DNA from: Chitinophagales bacterium
GTDB lineage: Bacteria > Bacteroidota > Bacteroidia > Chitinophagales > CAIOSU01
Assembly: GCA_034440455.1 (NCBI GenBank)
Contig: JAWXCB010000031.1
Coordinates: 5,157-69,156, forward strand
DNA: 64,000 bases
Direction: 5' to 3'
Shown here: positions 63,986 through 64,000 of the stretch, piece after piece
Layout: every line of letters starts with the position of its first letter
Position numbering within the stretch: the stretch's first letter is position 1
Made by a program: the position numbers and the translations under genes
The notes under the pieces: model-generated
The model's input: the letters and a program-made list of their open reading frames with translations, nothing else
What the model was told of the DNA's origin: nothing
Database searches by the model: none

Positions 63986-64000
63986 AGTTGTCTTCTCTCT

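Overview
This is a chromosomal segment from a Bacteroidota-type genome. The assignment rests on T9SS C-terminal sorting domains, many lipoprotein signal peptides, and the mutL-rhomboid-rhomboid-EEP synteny. I can support about 48 CDS and one tRNA-Arg(TCT). I saw no rRNA, CRISPR array, transposase, integrase or reverse transcriptase.

Housekeeping genes (ung, rmuC, aroE, cysS, mutL, bcp, an ALDH7-type dehydrogenase, M1/M23/M28 peptidases) are interleaved with four accessory blocks:
1. A partial giant HYR-repeat adhesin (1-5191) with a small HTH gene directly upstream.
2. An exported cluster (5990-17202) of two CRTAC1/ASPIC-UnbV FG-GAP lipoproteins, a di-haem cytochrome c peroxidase-like protein, a PAP2/vanadium-haloperoxidase-like lipoprotein and an SGNH hydrolase.
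3. A glycan-modification locus (28.4-40 kb). It contains a translationally coupled PhyH dioxygenase, twitch-type radical SAM, pyruvyl transferase and GT4 operon, plus an embedded LamG T9SS cargo gene.
4. A 2514-aa LamG/CUB-like/Ig-like T9SS surface protein (51088-58632).

Three families of short non-coding repeats are not explained by the genes:
- Arrays of 4-6 heptamers with a conserved RCT/AGY triplet at strict 7-nt phase, abutting gene ends.
- A GGAGAGGG-type palindromic REP/MITE-like element in 7 copies, one with perfect 21-bp terminal inverted repeats.
- A GCAGAG octamer element at two convergent gene ends.

I also flag several start-codon and frameshift anomalies.
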